A stretch of 63,749 bases of DNA, the filler included. It is 7 parts of 7 records of this genome, joined end to end, with 100 filler letters (N's around TTAATTAATTAA, not from the genome) between each part and the next. Parts side by side here need not be neighbours in the genome. Positions count along the whole stretch, not along the records: positions 1 to 12,190 come from SRR31156797_23615; positions 12,291 to 19,070 come from SRR31156797_23621; positions 19,171 to 36,926 come from SRR31156797_23624; 4 more parts are not named here. One strand, 5' to 3'. A program made the translations under genes and the position numbers. Positions 9,482 through 19,514 of the stretch are shown in pieces. The notes below the pieces were generated by a model, which ran no database searches, was not told where the DNA came from, and saw only the letters and a program-made list of their open reading frames with translations. The number at the start of each line of letters is the position of its first letter. Position 1 is the stretch's first letter.

Positions 9482-10063
9482 TTACTCTTCTTCCGTCTGA
9501 ACTTCCTGCTCAACAACTTCTTCTTCTGCACCAACTTCTTCTTCTGCAACAACGTCTTGTGCACCAACTTCTTCTGTTGGAATTGCTACTTCTTCAACAG
9601 GAGCTTCTGTTTCGTCACTATCTTCAGCAACTACCCAGAGTTTGAATACGCCGTGAACTTCTCTGAAAAGTTTAACACCAACTTCATAAACACCACTCTT
9701 CTTAATGTGTCCATCAAGAGTAATGTTGCGGTGATCAATATCAAAACCTTTTTCTAAAAGAGCTTCTTTGATCTCGCGAGTTGTAACGCTGCCGAAAAGT
9801 TTTCCTTCTTCGCCAACTTTCTTTTCAATTCTGATCTCACATTCTGCAAGCTTATTTGCAAGAGCTTCTGCAGCTCCAACTTCTGTATCGATCTTTTTAG
9901 CGATCATTCTTTTGTTGAACTCAAGTTCTTTTACATTTTTCTCGTTAGCAACAAATGCAAACTTTTTAGGAATAAGGTAGTTACGTGCGTAACCGGCCTT
10001 AACTTTTACTATGTCACCAGCTTTTCCGAGTTTTTCAACGTCTTTTGTAAGTATTACCTTCAT
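9482..10063 (-). CDS. rplI: 50S ribosomal protein L9 with an acidic C-terminal tail
   Basis: MKVIL...GYARNYLIP...KLFGSVT. Confidence 0.97.
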   Translation of the reverse strand: MKVILTKDVEKLGKAGDIVKVKAGYARNYLIPKKFAFVANEKNVKELEFNKRMIAKKIDTEVGAAEALANKLAECEIRIEKKVGEEGKLFGSVTTREIKEALLEKGFDIDHRNITLDGHIKKSGVYEVGVKLFREVHGVFKLWVVAEDSDETEAPVEEVAIPTEEVGAQDVVAEEEVGAEEEVVEQEVQTEEE

Positions 10064-10072
10064 TTTCTCCCC

Positions 10073-10294
10073 CTATCTTCCAGTTACGGTAAAGGGAAGA
10101 AGAGCTATTGTTCTTGCTCTTTTAATTTCCCTGGAAAGTTCTCTCTGGTGTTTTGAACATACACCGCTTATTCTTCTGGGAATTATCTTTCCTCTTTCTG
10201 TAACATAGTTAAGAAGAACCTCCGGATTCTTGTATGTAAGTTCCATGTCCTTATTTATGCAAAAGCGACATACTTTTCTTTTTTTATAAGCCAT
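10073..10294 (-). CDS. rpsR: 30S ribosomal protein S18 (Zn-binding C+ type)
   Basis: CRFC...[19 protein letters not shown]...ARTIALLPF. Confidence 0.97.
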   Translation of the reverse strand: MAYKKRKVCRFCINKDMELTYKNPEVLLNYVTERGKIIPRRISGVCSKHQRELSREIKRARTIALLPFTVTGR

Positions 10295-10308
10295 TTTTAT
10301 TCTCCCTC

Positions 10309-10815
10309 TTAAAGTTCCACATCCTTTTCGTCATCATCTTCGCCTGCACCATCAAGAGACTTCTGGAGCTCTTCATTGTACTTTCTTGAATCGTCGATCT
10401 TTTTCTTTTCGACAGGTTTTTCAACAGGCTTTTCGACAGGTTTTGCGACAGGCTTTCTTTCTTCTTTTTCAAAAAGAGAAGCTACGCCTCTTGCTGACTC
10501 TTCCAACTCTTTCATGTCTTCAGCTTTGTCAACAACGATTGTCATGTACTTGAGAACGCCTTCCCAGATGTTGAAGTTTCTCTCAAGCTCATCAATAAGC
10601 GCACCGTCACCAAGAAGATCAAAGAAAAGGTAGTGACCTTTAAGGTTCTTTCTGATTTCGTAAGCGAGTTTTCTTTCGCCCCAAGATGAGAGATTAATTA
10701 CTTTTCCGCTGTAGTTGCCGATGATTCCATCAACTCTATCAACGAACTGCCTGACTGCTTCGTTTCCACCTTCAGGCTTAAGAATGGTAGTAAGCTCGTA
10801 ATGTCTTTTTTTCAT
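10309..10815 (-). CDS. rpsF: 30S ribosomal protein S6 with a repetitive C-terminal extension
   Basis: RHYELTTIL...[10 protein letters not shown]...GHY; first gene of rpsF-rpsR-rplI. Confidence 0.95.
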   Translation of the reverse strand: MKKRHYELTTILKPEGGNEAVRQFVDRVDGIIGNYSGKVINLSSWGERKLAYEIRKNLKGHYLFFDLLGDGALIDELERNFNIWEGVLKYMTIVVDKAEDMKELEESARGVASLFEKEERKPVAKPVEKPVEKPVEKKKIDDSRKYNEELQKSLDGAGEDDDEKDVEL

Positions 10816-10819
10816 GTTT

Positions 10820-10866
10820 CCTCCTTACGGCTTTAAAGTCCAATAATTTGTATCGAACAAGGAGCT
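10820..10866 (-). promoter_or_regulatory. S6:S18 autoregulatory mRNA leader
   Basis: Minus strand: CTCCTT pairs with the SD AAGGAG, inner stem GTTCGATA/TATTGGAC, and an unpaired CCG just before the SD. This matches the described CCR-motif leader of rpsF. Confidence 0.75.
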
Positions 10867-10956
10867 CTTTCCAATGTTCAAAAATCCAATTAACTCGCGG
10901 ATTGTAGTTAGGAAAGGTGATTTTGCAACTTTTTTGTTTTATGGATTTATAATAGA

Positions 10957-11796
10957 TTAATCTTCACAGATCTCAGGAAGATTATAACCAAGTTCTGAAG
11001 CATAAGCAGGATCAATTAATTTTCCGATCGCAGAAACTTCTATCTGAGAATCAGTAAGTTCTTTTATCTCTAACTTGCCTTCCCCTGAAACAGCTCTAAT
11101 ACACTTAATTCCAACATTTGTGCCGTCATAGGTAAGCTCTCCGTAAAGTGTATAGACATCATTTTCCACGAAATCAATGTCAGTTCCAGCCTCTAAATTG
11201 TCAGGCACATTGATCGCAAAAAACTTAGGAGTAAAAGATAAAGCGTCGATCCAAGTAGAAGTTATCATTCCGCCCTCAGCCATAGTAGCAAACGGAAAAT
11301 CGATCTTTAAGGACTCGTTCTCAATATGAAGAACTGTAAACTCGAACTCTTCCTCAAAATAAGTAAATACAGCGTCTCCAGTTCCCGGAGTAATATCAGA
11401 AGGATTGTTCGAAGCGTTTATTGCTCCTTTAAAATCCACTGTAAACTCACCGATCTCTGTCATTTCTGTATCTGAAACACACTCACCATTTGTCGGATGA
11501 TAGCCTTCATCACATTCACAAGTTGCTTCATCTCCTTCCGCTACGCAAGTTGAATTCTCAGGACATTCCTTATCCGCACAAGGATCAATAACATCATCGT
11601 CTAAAGCTTCAACTTCATCATTACTCCCATCAGTCTCGACCATGTCTGTTACTTCATCAACAGTTTCATCTGTCATCTCATCTGTAACTTCAGATTTATC
11701 AGTATCATTTTCTTCTGTCTTTTTCTCATCTCCACAGGAAACAGTAAAAACAGCAAAAACTAACACAACTACGACCATAAGAATGTTTCTTTTCAT
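10957..11796 (-). CDS. Lipoprotein with an acidic linker and an EGF-like domain
   Basis: Lipobox TVSC; DPCADKECPENSTC...CECDEGY..NGEC has EGF six-Cys spacing. Start moved to ATG 11796 (GAGG RBS). Confidence 0.75.
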   Translation of the reverse strand: MKRNILMVVVVLVFAVFTVSCGDEKKTEENDTDKSEVTDEMTDETVDEVTDMVETDGSNDEVEALDDDVIDPCADKECPENSTCVAEGDEATCECDEGYHPTNGECVSDTEMTEIGEFTVDFKGAINASNNPSDITPGTGDAVFTYFEEEFEFTVLHIENESLKIDFPFATMAEGGMITSTWIDALSFTPKFFAINVPDNLEAGTDIDFVENDVYTLYGELTYDGTNVGIKCIRAVSGEGKLEIKELTDSQIEVSAIGKLIDPAYASELGYNLPEICED

Positions 11797-11881
11797 TTTT
11801 TTCCTCAAATTTAATTACTTAACACACAGCCATATTTTCCGCGAAAATGAGAAAATTACAAATTTTTGTAATGATTAAACA

Positions 11882-12190
11882 TTATTTCACATCCTTAACA
11901 CACCTGAAACCTACAAAGAAGGAATGCGTCCAGGGAGTGTAGGGATGTCTGGTTTTGAGTTCAGGCCCCATAAGGTAGCCGCCTCCTTTTACAACTACAA
12001 GATCTGAATCGAAATGACCTTCACAAGGAGGTTCATCGCAGAGGTCATAAGTCCATTCACTTGTCGTCCATTCGCCAACGTTTCCCGACATATCCATTAT
12101 TCCGCCTACCGTTTTATCATCAGGGAAAGTGCCGATCTCAACAACATCATATCCTTTTGCTCCAGGGTAGCCAACTGTAGTTCTCGCATA
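11882..12190 (-). CDS. Formylglycine-generating enzyme (FGE/SUMF1) family domain protein, C-terminal fragment
   Basis: Frame open from the contig edge: ...GTFPDDKTVGGIMDMSGNVGEW...VVKGGGY...GFRCVKD. Confidence 0.85.
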   Translation of the reverse strand, partial: YARTTVGYPGAKGYDVVEIGTFPDDKTVGGIMDMSGNVGEWTTSEWTYDLCDEPPCEGHFDSDLVVVKGGGYLMGPELKTRHPYTPWTHSFFVGFRCVKDVK

Positions 12191-12290
12191 NNNNNNNNNN
12201 NNNNNNNNNNNNNNNNNNNNNNNNNNNNNNNNNNTTAATTAATTAANNNNNNNNNNNNNNNNNNNNNNNNNNNNNNNNNNNNNNNNNNNN
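12191..12290. other. Artificial contig spacer
   Basis: N44-TTAATTAATTAA-N44; the 12-mer gives stops in all six frames. Confidence 0.99.
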
Positions 12291-12291
12291 C

Positions 12292-13212
12292 ATGATCACT
12301 GGAGCAGCCCAGATGGACGGCGCCGTTCTTGTTGTGAGTGCGGACGACGGTCCCATGCCCCAGACAAGGGAACACATTCTTCTTGCAAGGCAGGTCGGTG
12401 TGCCCAGTATCGTTGTTTTTCTTAATAAATGCGACATGGTCGATGACGAAGAGCTCATTGAGCTCGTTGAGATGGAACTTCAGGAACTGCTGAGCAAGTA
12501 CGAGTTTCCTGGTGACGATACCCCGATCATTCGCGGTTCTGCTCTTAAAGCCCTTGAGGCGGACAGCGCAGAAGATGATGCGGCTAAGCCCATCCATGAG
12601 CTCCTCGATACCCTCGATTCCTACGTTGAAGAACCTGTGCGGGACACAGATAAAGATTTCCTCATGCCTATCGAGGACGTGTTCTCCATCTCCGGTCGTG
12701 GTACTGTCGTAACCGGCAGGATCGAGCGTGGTATTATTAAGACCGGCGAAGAGATCGAGCTTGTCGGAATCAGGGAGACAACCAAAACTATATGTACGGG
12801 TGTCGAGATGTTCAGGAAGCTCCTGGACGAAGGACAGGCCGGTGACAATGTCGGACTCCTTCTCCGTGGTACCAAGCGTGACGCTGTCGAGCGCGGCCAG
12901 GTTGTTGCAAAGCCCGGAACCATCACTCCTCATACCAAGTTTAAGGCAGAAATTTACTGTCTGAGCAAGGAAGAGGGCGGACGGCATACTCCATTCTTCA
13001 GCGGGTACAGGCCTCAGTTCTTCTTCAGGACCACCGACGTTACCGGTATCCTGACACTGCCTGAAGGTGTTGAGATGATCATGCCAGGAGATAACGCTGC
13101 AATCAGTGCTGAGCTTATTGCGCCCATCGCCATGGAAAAAGAGCTTCGGTTCGCAATCCGGGAAGGTGGCCGTACTGTCGGCGCGGGCGTTATCGGAGAA
13201 ATAATCGAATAA
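12292..13212 (+). CDS. tuf: Elongation factor Tu, 5'-truncated by the contig edge
   Basis: [39 protein letters not shown]. Confidence 0.98.
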   Translation: MITGAAQMDGAVLVVSADDGPMPQTREHILLARQVGVPSIVVFLNKCDMVDDEELIELVEMELQELLSKYEFPGDDTPIIRGSALKALEADSAEDDAAKPIHELLDTLDSYVEEPVRDTDKDFLMPIEDVFSISGRGTVVTGRIERGIIKTGEEIELVGIRETTKTICTGVEMFRKLLDEGQAGDNVGLLLRGTKRDAVERGQVVAKPGTITPHTKFKAEIYCLSKEEGGRHTPFFSGYRPQFFFRTTDVTGILTLPEGVEMIMPGDNAAISAELIAPIAMEKELRFAIREGGRTVGAGVIGEIIE

Positions 13213-13230
13213 TCAATCAAGGAGTTTCAA

Positions 13231-13386
13231 GTGGCCAGAGTTAGAGTGACTCTTGCATGTACAGAGTGCAAGAGGCGAAACTACACAACGACAAAGAATA
13301 AGCGTATAACTCCTGATAAACTCGAGTTTGAGAAATACTGCAGATTTTGCAAGAAACACGTGACTCATAAGGAGACGCGCAAATAG
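13231..13386 (+). CDS. rpmG: 50S ribosomal protein L33 (not in ORF track)
   Basis: GTG start after [56 protein letters not shown]. Confidence 0.95.
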   Translation: MARVRVTLACTECKRRNYTTTKNKRITPDKLEFEKYCRFCKKHVTHKETRK

Positions 13387-13445
13387 TTTCTGTCAGGCAG
13401 TTGATTCAGGCAGTTGATCGCCGCTTCAACGTCTGCTGGTGATGC

Positions 13446-13522
13446 AGGTCAGTAGCTCTAATTGGTAGAGCGCCGGACTCCAAATCCGGATGCTGGGGGT
13501 TCGAGTCCCTCCTGACCTGCCA
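13446..13522 (+). tRNA. tRNA-Trp (CCA)
   Basis: AGGTCAG/CTGACCT acceptor stem, CCGGA-CTCCAAA-TCCGG anticodon arm, GGTTCGAGTCC T-arm, encoded CCA end; usual rpmG-secE position. Confidence 0.97.
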
Positions 13523-13580
13523 TCTGCAGTCAAATCGAATCCAGGGGGATTGGGTAAGATAGAAATAATTCAGGAGTGAT

Positions 13581-13973
13581 ATGGCACGGTTGCAAAAAAA
13601 GAAGTCGCCAGCTGATAAAATCAAGACAAAAGTGCAGGAACCTGAAAGTTCGCCGCAAGGCAACGAAAAAAAAGGGACCGAAAAACGCGAAAAACCAACA
13701 TCGCAGGTCTCTAAGCAGACTGGAAAGGTTCGAGAGAAACTCGGAAAGTCAGGTTCATCAGCAGTAGCGGCTCCCGGGGAACAGAACTTCTACCAGAAGT
13801 CGGTTCAGTTTCTGCGGGAGGTTCGCGTTGAGCTGAAAAAAGTAACCTGGCCTAATCGTAAGCAGACAGCAGGTTCAACCGTTGTCGTTATTATTCTTGT
13901 TTTTATTCTTGCAGCTTTTCTCGGTCTGGTTGATTTTAGCCTTTCAAAGCTCGTTCAGGTTGTCCTTGCATAA
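13581..13973 (+). CDS. secE: Preprotein translocase subunit SecE with a long basic N-terminal extension
   Basis: FLREVRVELKKVTWP followed by one TM helix; located before nusG. Confidence 0.93.
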   Translation: MARLQKKKSPADKIKTKVQEPESSPQGNEKKGTEKREKPTSQVSKQTGKVREKLGKSGSSAVAAPGEQNFYQKSVQFLREVRVELKKVTWPNRKQTAGSTVVVIILVFILAAFLGLVDFSLSKLVQVVLA

Positions 13974-13987
13974 AAGGGGTGTTGACA

Positions 13988-14518
13988 GTGTCTCTTAAAT
14001 GGTATGTGGTTCATGTCTATTCAGGATTTGAGCAGAAGGTAAAGCTCTCCCTGGAAGAGAGGATTTCCAATTCCGGCTGCGCGGACAAATTTGGCGAAAT
14101 TCTCGTCCCAACCGAGCATGTTGTTGAATTTGTCAACGGAAAGAAGCGGGAATCTTCACGAAAATTTTATCCGGGGTACATTCTCGTTCGCATGTCTCTT
14201 AATGACGAGACATGGCATATCGTCAATTCCACCGCAAAAGTCACCGGATTTCTCGGTGGGAAGCACAAACCGGCTCCCATCACAGATCAGGAAGCAGCTG
14301 CAATTGTAGAGAGAATGGAACAGGGCAAGCACAAACCTCAGCCCAAATATTATTTTGAACCTGGAGACGATGTCAGGGTCACTGATGGCCCCTTCACCAA
14401 TTTCAACGGTACCGTGGAAGAGTCCATGCCGGATAAGGGAAAGGTCAGGGTTCTGGTCAGCATCTTTGGCAGGGCAACGCCAGTGGAACTCGAGTTCGCT
14501 CAGGTTACAAAGATTTAA
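13988..14518 (+). CDS. nusG: Transcription factor NusG
   Basis: [21 protein letters not shown] motif DGPFTNF...[15 protein letters not shown] 13988 fits the RBS best; the ORF opens at 13979. Confidence 0.96.
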   Translation: MSLKWYVVHVYSGFEQKVKLSLEERISNSGCADKFGEILVPTEHVVEFVNGKKRESSRKFYPGYILVRMSLNDETWHIVNSTAKVTGFLGGKHKPAPITDQEAAAIVERMEQGKHKPQPKYYFEPGDDVRVTDGPFTNFNGTVEESMPDKGKVRVLVSIFGRATPVELEFAQVTKI

Positions 14519-14557
14519 ATTGAGAAACATTAAAGTGAGTGTCAGGAGTAGATAAAG

Positions 14558-14980
14558 ATGGCAAAAAAAGTAATGGCGCTGATAAAACTTCAGGTAGAGG
14601 CTGGTAAGGCTAATCCCTCTCCGCCAATCGGCCCTGCGCTGGGTCAGCATGGCGTTAACATCATGGATTTCTGTAAGGCTTTTAATGCCAGAACTGCCAA
14701 CGATGCAGGCTCTATCATACCCGTGGTGATCACTGTCTATCAGGACAGGTCGTTCACCTTCATTACCAAGACGCCTCCGGCCTCCATGCTCTTGAAAAAG
14801 GCGGCTAAGATAAACAAAGGTTCCGGTGTCCCCAACCGAGATAAGGTCGGGAAGGTAACCCGGGATCAGCTTGTCGAGATCGCCACAACAAAGATGGAAG
14901 ATTTGAACGCTGCCGATATTGATGCAGCTGTTAACATTATTGCTGGTACAGCCAGAAGTATGGGTATCGAAGTAGTTTAA
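14558..14980 (+). CDS. rplK: 50S ribosomal protein L11
   Basis: [29 protein letters not shown]...GTARSMG. Confidence 0.98.
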   Translation: MAKKVMALIKLQVEAGKANPSPPIGPALGQHGVNIMDFCKAFNARTANDAGSIIPVVITVYQDRSFTFITKTPPASMLLKKAAKINKGSGVPNRDKVGKVTRDQLVEIATTKMEDLNAADIDAAVNIIAGTARSMGIEVV

Positions 14981-15005
14981 CCGTTAAAGGAGTGAGTGAT
15001 ATAAA

Positions 15006-15698
15006 ATGCCGAAGCACGGTAAAAAATATACAGAAATATCTAAAAAGATCGACAAGCAGGCTCGTTACGATTTCAATGAAGCTTTAGAGCTCTCACTCGC
15101 TTCATCCTACGCAAAGTTCGATGAGACTTTAGATATTGCAGTCAAACTTGGAGTTGATCCGCGGCACGCAGATCAGATGATCCGCGGAACTGTTGTTCTT
15201 CCCAACGGTCTGGGTAAAGAAGTAAAGGTTCTCGTCTTTGCAAAGGGTGAAAAAGAGAAAGAGGCCCTTGACGCAGGAGCTGATTTTATCGCCGACGAAG
15301 AGACCGTCGAGAAGATCAAGAATGGCTGGTTCGGATTTGACAAGGCCATCGCTACCCCGGATATGATGGGAACCGTCGGTAAGCTCGGAAGGGTACTTGG
15401 TCCCCGAGGTCTTATGCCGAACGCAAAGACCGGAACCGTTACCTTCGAGGTTGCAAAGGCGATTGATGAACTCAAGGCCGGAAAGATCGACTTCCGCGTT
15501 GAAAAAGCAGGCATCATCCATGCCCCCGTTGGAAAGGTTTCTTTCGGCGCTGAGAAACTCGTCGAAAATATCAAGGCTTTCCTCGCTACCATCGTCGCTC
15601 TCAAGCCTGCATCCAGCAAGGGTACATACGTCAAAGGAATCACCGTTTCCACAACGATGGGTCCCGGAGTTAAAATCGATCCGGTGCATGCAAAATAG
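15006..15698 (+). CDS. rplA: 50S ribosomal protein L1
   Basis: [26 protein letters not shown]. Confidence 0.98.
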   Translation: MPKHGKKYTEISKKIDKQARYDFNEALELSLASSYAKFDETLDIAVKLGVDPRHADQMIRGTVVLPNGLGKEVKVLVFAKGEKEKEALDAGADFIADEETVEKIKNGWFGFDKAIATPDMMGTVGKLGRVLGPRGLMPNAKTGTVTFEVAKAIDELKAGKIDFRVEKAGIIHAPVGKVSFGAEKLVENIKAFLATIVALKPASSKGTYVKGITVSTTMGPGVKIDPVHAK

Positions 15699-15746
15699 CA
15701 GAGAGGCTTTACATCTCTGCCGCTGGTAGATATAATTAAAAAATTG

Positions 15747-15812
15747 TCTGTCAAAGACAGTAGGTGCACATGGTCATGTGTATAATCGGCGATGCCGGCC
15801 TGCCGAGACAGA
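15747..15812 (+). promoter_or_regulatory. L10 leader (rplJ-rplL autoregulatory RNA)
   Basis: TCTGTC-AAAGACAGTAGGT...TAAT...CCTGCCGA-GACAGA, with closing stem and the AGAC.GYAGG/CCUGC.GAG core, directly upstream of rplJ. Confidence 0.85.
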
Positions 15813-15878
15813 AGCCTGTTTTGGCATCGTTGGCACCTCTGAAAATCAAAGTTGTATATGGAAAGGAGGTGTAGTTTA

Positions 15879-16400
15879 TTGAAATTATCAACTAAAAAAG
15901 AATTTGTAGAGAGGGTAAAGGTTTGCCTCGCAGAGACTCAGATTTCAATCCTTGTCGATTACAAGGGACTGGATGTCGAGGCGATGACCCAGCTCAGATC
16001 CGAGTTGAGAAAAGAGGGTGTTCAGCTTGAAGTTATGAAGAACACGCTCCTCGGCATGGCATCTGAGGGGACTGATACCGCTCTCATGAAAGATTTCTTC
16101 AAAGGGCCCAACGCCCTTGCCACCTGCAAGGACGATCCCGTGGCCCCAGCCAGGGTTCTGGTCAAGTTTGCCGAAGACAATGACAAGCTTGAGATCAAGG
16201 CAGGAACCATGAACGGCAAGCTTCTCTCGGTAGACGAGATCAAAGCACTCGCGAAGATGCCGTCACGCGAGGTCCTCCTGGCACAGCTGCTCTCAGCGAT
16301 GAACGGAGTACCGACAGCCATGGTTAGAGTCCTTGGCGGCGTTCCAAGGGCATTCCTCACTGTTTGCAATGCGATTGGCGAACAGAAAGAGGCTGCATAA
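15879..16400 (+). CDS. rplJ: 50S ribosomal protein L10
   Basis: DYKGLDV..MTQLR...VMKNTL...[15 protein letters not shown] start 15879 follows GGAGG. Confidence 0.95.
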   Translation: MKLSTKKEFVERVKVCLAETQISILVDYKGLDVEAMTQLRSELRKEGVQLEVMKNTLLGMASEGTDTALMKDFFKGPNALATCKDDPVAPARVLVKFAEDNDKLEIKAGTMNGKLLSVDEIKALAKMPSREVLLAQLLSAMNGVPTAMVRVLGGVPRAFLTVCNAIGEQKEAA

Positions 16401-16469
16401 ACGTTTTAGATAATTTAATGATCAAAAAAAAGAGACCACTCTTTTACAGGTTTTTCTAAGGAGAAAATA

Positions 16470-16856
16470 ATGGCTGATATCACAAAAGATGATGTAATTG
16501 AATTCATATCAAACATGAGCGTTCTTGAGCTCTCCGAGATGGTAAAAGATCTCGAGGAGAAATTCGGCGTATCCGCTGCAGCTCCCGTTGCAATGGTTGC
16601 CGGTGGTGCTGCTGCCGGCGATGCTGGTGCTGCTGCTGAGGAGAAAACAGAGTTCGACGTAATCCTCGAGGCTGCCGGCGACAAGAAGATCGGCGTCATC
16701 AAAGAGGTTCGCGCCATCACAGGTCTTGGTCTCAAAGAGGCAAAGGCTCTCGTCGACGATTGCCCCAAACCCGTTAAGGAAGGCATCGCCAAAGAAGACG
16801 CAGAAAAGATCAAGGAGCAGCTCGAAGGAGCTGGTGCTCAGATCACCATCAAGTAG
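16470..16856 (+). CDS. rplL: 50S ribosomal protein L7/L12
   Basis: [26 protein letters not shown]. Confidence 0.98.
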   Translation: MADITKDDVIEFISNMSVLELSEMVKDLEEKFGVSAAAPVAMVAGGAAAGDAGAAAEEKTEFDVILEAAGDKKIGVIKEVRAITGLGLKEAKALVDDCPKPVKEGIAKEDAEKIKEQLEGAGAQITIK

Positions 16857-16973
16857 GCTGTTTAGCTAACTACTTGAAAAAATTTGTAAATTTCACACAC
16901 TCGATGCGGGGGCAGGGCCTATAGGGCCATGTCTCCGCTTTCACGGTTATAATAACCCATATTTGGAGATACC

Positions 16974-19070
16974 ATGACCGGGAGCCTTTTGGCAAGCAAG
17001 CGCATAAGAAAAGAATTTGGCAGTAAGAGCAGGGTTGTTGACATTCCCGATCTCATTGGAATGCAGCGTACCTCGTTTGAACGTTTTCTGCAGAGGGATG
17101 TTCTCCCTGAAAACAGGGAAGATATCGGAATACACCTGGTATTCAAATCGGTTTTTCCCATTAAGGACTTCACCGGGACCTCCTCCCTTGAGTATGTCTC
17201 CTATTCTTTCGGAGAGACAAAGCACTCCGTGGAAGAGTGCATCAGTCGAGGAATGACCTATGAAATTCCTGTTAACATAACCGTAAGGCTCGTAGTCTAT
17301 GATGTGGACAAGGAGGCTGGTTCCACATCGATCCGTGATATCAAAGAGCAGGAGATCTACTTCGGTACGATTCCATTGATGACCAAACGCGGCACCTTCA
17401 TCATCAATGGTACTGAGCGCGCTGTTGTCAGTCAGCTTCACAGATCATCCGGTGTCTTTTTTGACCATGATAAGGGCAAGAACCACTCCAGCGGCCGGAT
17501 CATCTATACCGCACGTATCATTCCTGTCCGGGGATCCTGGATCGACATGGAGATCGATCCCAAGGATATCGTCAACATCAGGATCGACCGGCGAAGAAAA
17601 TTTCCCATAACCATTCTGTTCAAGGCATTTGGTTATACCAACGAAGATATCCTGAGCTTTTTCTACAAGCGGGAGCGTATCTTCAGAAAGGATGGGGCTC
17701 TGTTTAAAGAGTTCAGTCCTGAAAATTTGAAAAGAAACCGGGCCAGCTTCGACGTGCTCGATCCCCAGACCGGGGATGTTGTGGTGAAAAAGGGACGTCT
17801 TTTCACCATACGCGCACTGAAACAGCTTCAGGCGGCCGGCCTCAAACAGATCCCCATCAGTGAGGACGATATCATCGGCAAGGGCTTTGCATCCACCATC
17901 GTCAACCCTGAAACCGAAGAGATCATCGCCAAGGCCGGAGCGCTCATTGACGGAGAGGTGGTTGACGCAATCGAAGCCGCCGGCATCGACGAGTTCAGCA
18001 TCCTCTATGTTGACACCTACAGCTCCGATTCCATTCGAAAGACCCTGGCCGTAGACAAGGTGACCTCCCGGTCCGAAGCTCTCATTGAAATCTACCGTCG
18101 CCTTCGTCCCGGCAATCCTGCCACCCCCGAAGTCGCCCAGGATTTTATCGATCACCTCTTTTTCAAGCCCGCCTATTATGACCTGTCAAACGTAGGCCGG
18201 CTGAAGATGAACCACCGTCTCGGAATGACCACGGGCATCGATGTCAGAACCCTTCGAAAGGAAGACATTCTTCTTACCGCGTCAACCCTGGTCGAGCTCA
18301 AGGATACCCAGGGAGCTGTCGACGATATCGATCACCTTGGCAACCGGCGTGTCCGCGCGGTTGGCGAACTTCTCGAGAACCAGTACAGGATCGGTCTCGT
18401 CCGAATGGAACGGGCCATTAAAGAGCGGATGAGCATGCAGGAAGTGGATGCGATGATGCCCCACGACCTCGTCAATCCCAAGCCTGTTTCTGCCGTAGTC
18501 AGGGAGTTTTTTGGTACTTCCCAGCTCTCCCAGTTCATGGATCAGACCAACCCCCTGTCCGAGACCACCCATAAGCGCCGTCTCTCGGCACTCGGACCGG
18601 GCGGACTCACCCGGGAGCGGGCCGGTTTTGAGGTCAGGGACGTACATCCCTCCCATTACGGCAGGATCTGCCCCATCGAGACCCCGGAGGGTCCCAACAT
18701 CGGTCTCATCGTTTCCCTGTGTACCTATGCCCGGGTCAACGATTTCGGTTTTATCGAAACGCCCTACAGGCTGGCCCAGGACGGGATTGTAAGCCGGGAT
18801 ATCACCCATTTGTCCGCCTTTGAGGAAAAGGAACACCCCATTGCCCAGGCAAATGCGGTGCTCGACGAAGACGGTACCCTGGTCAATGATCTTGTCACCT
18901 CCAGGGTGGCCGGCGAGTTTGAGATGGTCAAGAACCAAGACATTGAGTTCATGGACGTTTCCCCGAATCAGTTGGTATCGGTTTCCGCCTCATTGATTCC
19001 CTTCCTGGAGAACGATGATGCCAACAGGGCGCTCATGGGCTCCAACATGCAGCGTCAGGCCGTTCCCCTG
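16974..19070 (+). CDS. rpoB: RNA polymerase beta subunit, 3'-truncated by the contig edge
   Basis: [76 protein letters not shown]. Confidence 0.98.
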
Positions 19071-19170
19071 NNNNNNNNNNNNNNNNNNNNNNNNNNNNNN
19101 NNNNNNNNNNNNNNTTAATTAATTAANNNNNNNNNNNNNNNNNNNNNNNNNNNNNNNNNNNNNNNNNNNN
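19071..19170. other. Artificial contig spacer
   Basis: N44-TTAATTAATTAA-N44. Confidence 0.99.
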
Positions 19171-19208
19171 GCACGGATTGCATTAGCCAATTGTTTGCGA
19201 GACGACAT
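19171..19208 (-). CDS. tkt: Transketolase, first codons only
   Basis: MSSRKQLANAIR after an AGGAG RBS; divergent from metK, as in Vibrio. Confidence 0.85.
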
Positions 19209-19417
19209 GTCAGCTCCTGATTGATTTAAGCGAAGTAAACTATAATTAGGCGGTATTGTTACAAAGCCCCTAAATCACTGCAATCGTTTACTTAGCTGTT
19301 AAAGCAATTTTGTTGGGTTCAATCAAATAACATTATGTTGATTTCAGTCTAAGGCAAACGTTTAGTTATATGTTGAAGCGAAAAAGAGCTTGTAATTTGA
19401 GCGTTCAAAACTAAAAT

Positions 19418-19441
19418 AGCCGTCTAGATGTAGAAACGCCT
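19418..19441 (+). promoter_or_regulatory. Three tandem MetJ boxes at the metK promoter
   Basis: AGCCGTCT-AGATGTAG-AAACGCCT versus consensus AGACGTCT (7/8, 5/8, 6/8), directly after TTGTAA-16 nt-TAAAAT. Confidence 0.8.
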
Positions 19442-19514
19442 ACATAATGAACATTTTTCAAAGTAGTAAAGGAAGCACTCTTTGCTACTTTTTGACTATT
19501 TAAATGGAGCTATC

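Noticed and set aside
12014..12987. ORFs containing X runs that cross spacers (also at 43069, 52938, 53203 and 58647)
   Set aside because: Their ends are produced by the N-TTAATTAATTAA-N linker. Only the in-contig parts with real motifs were kept.
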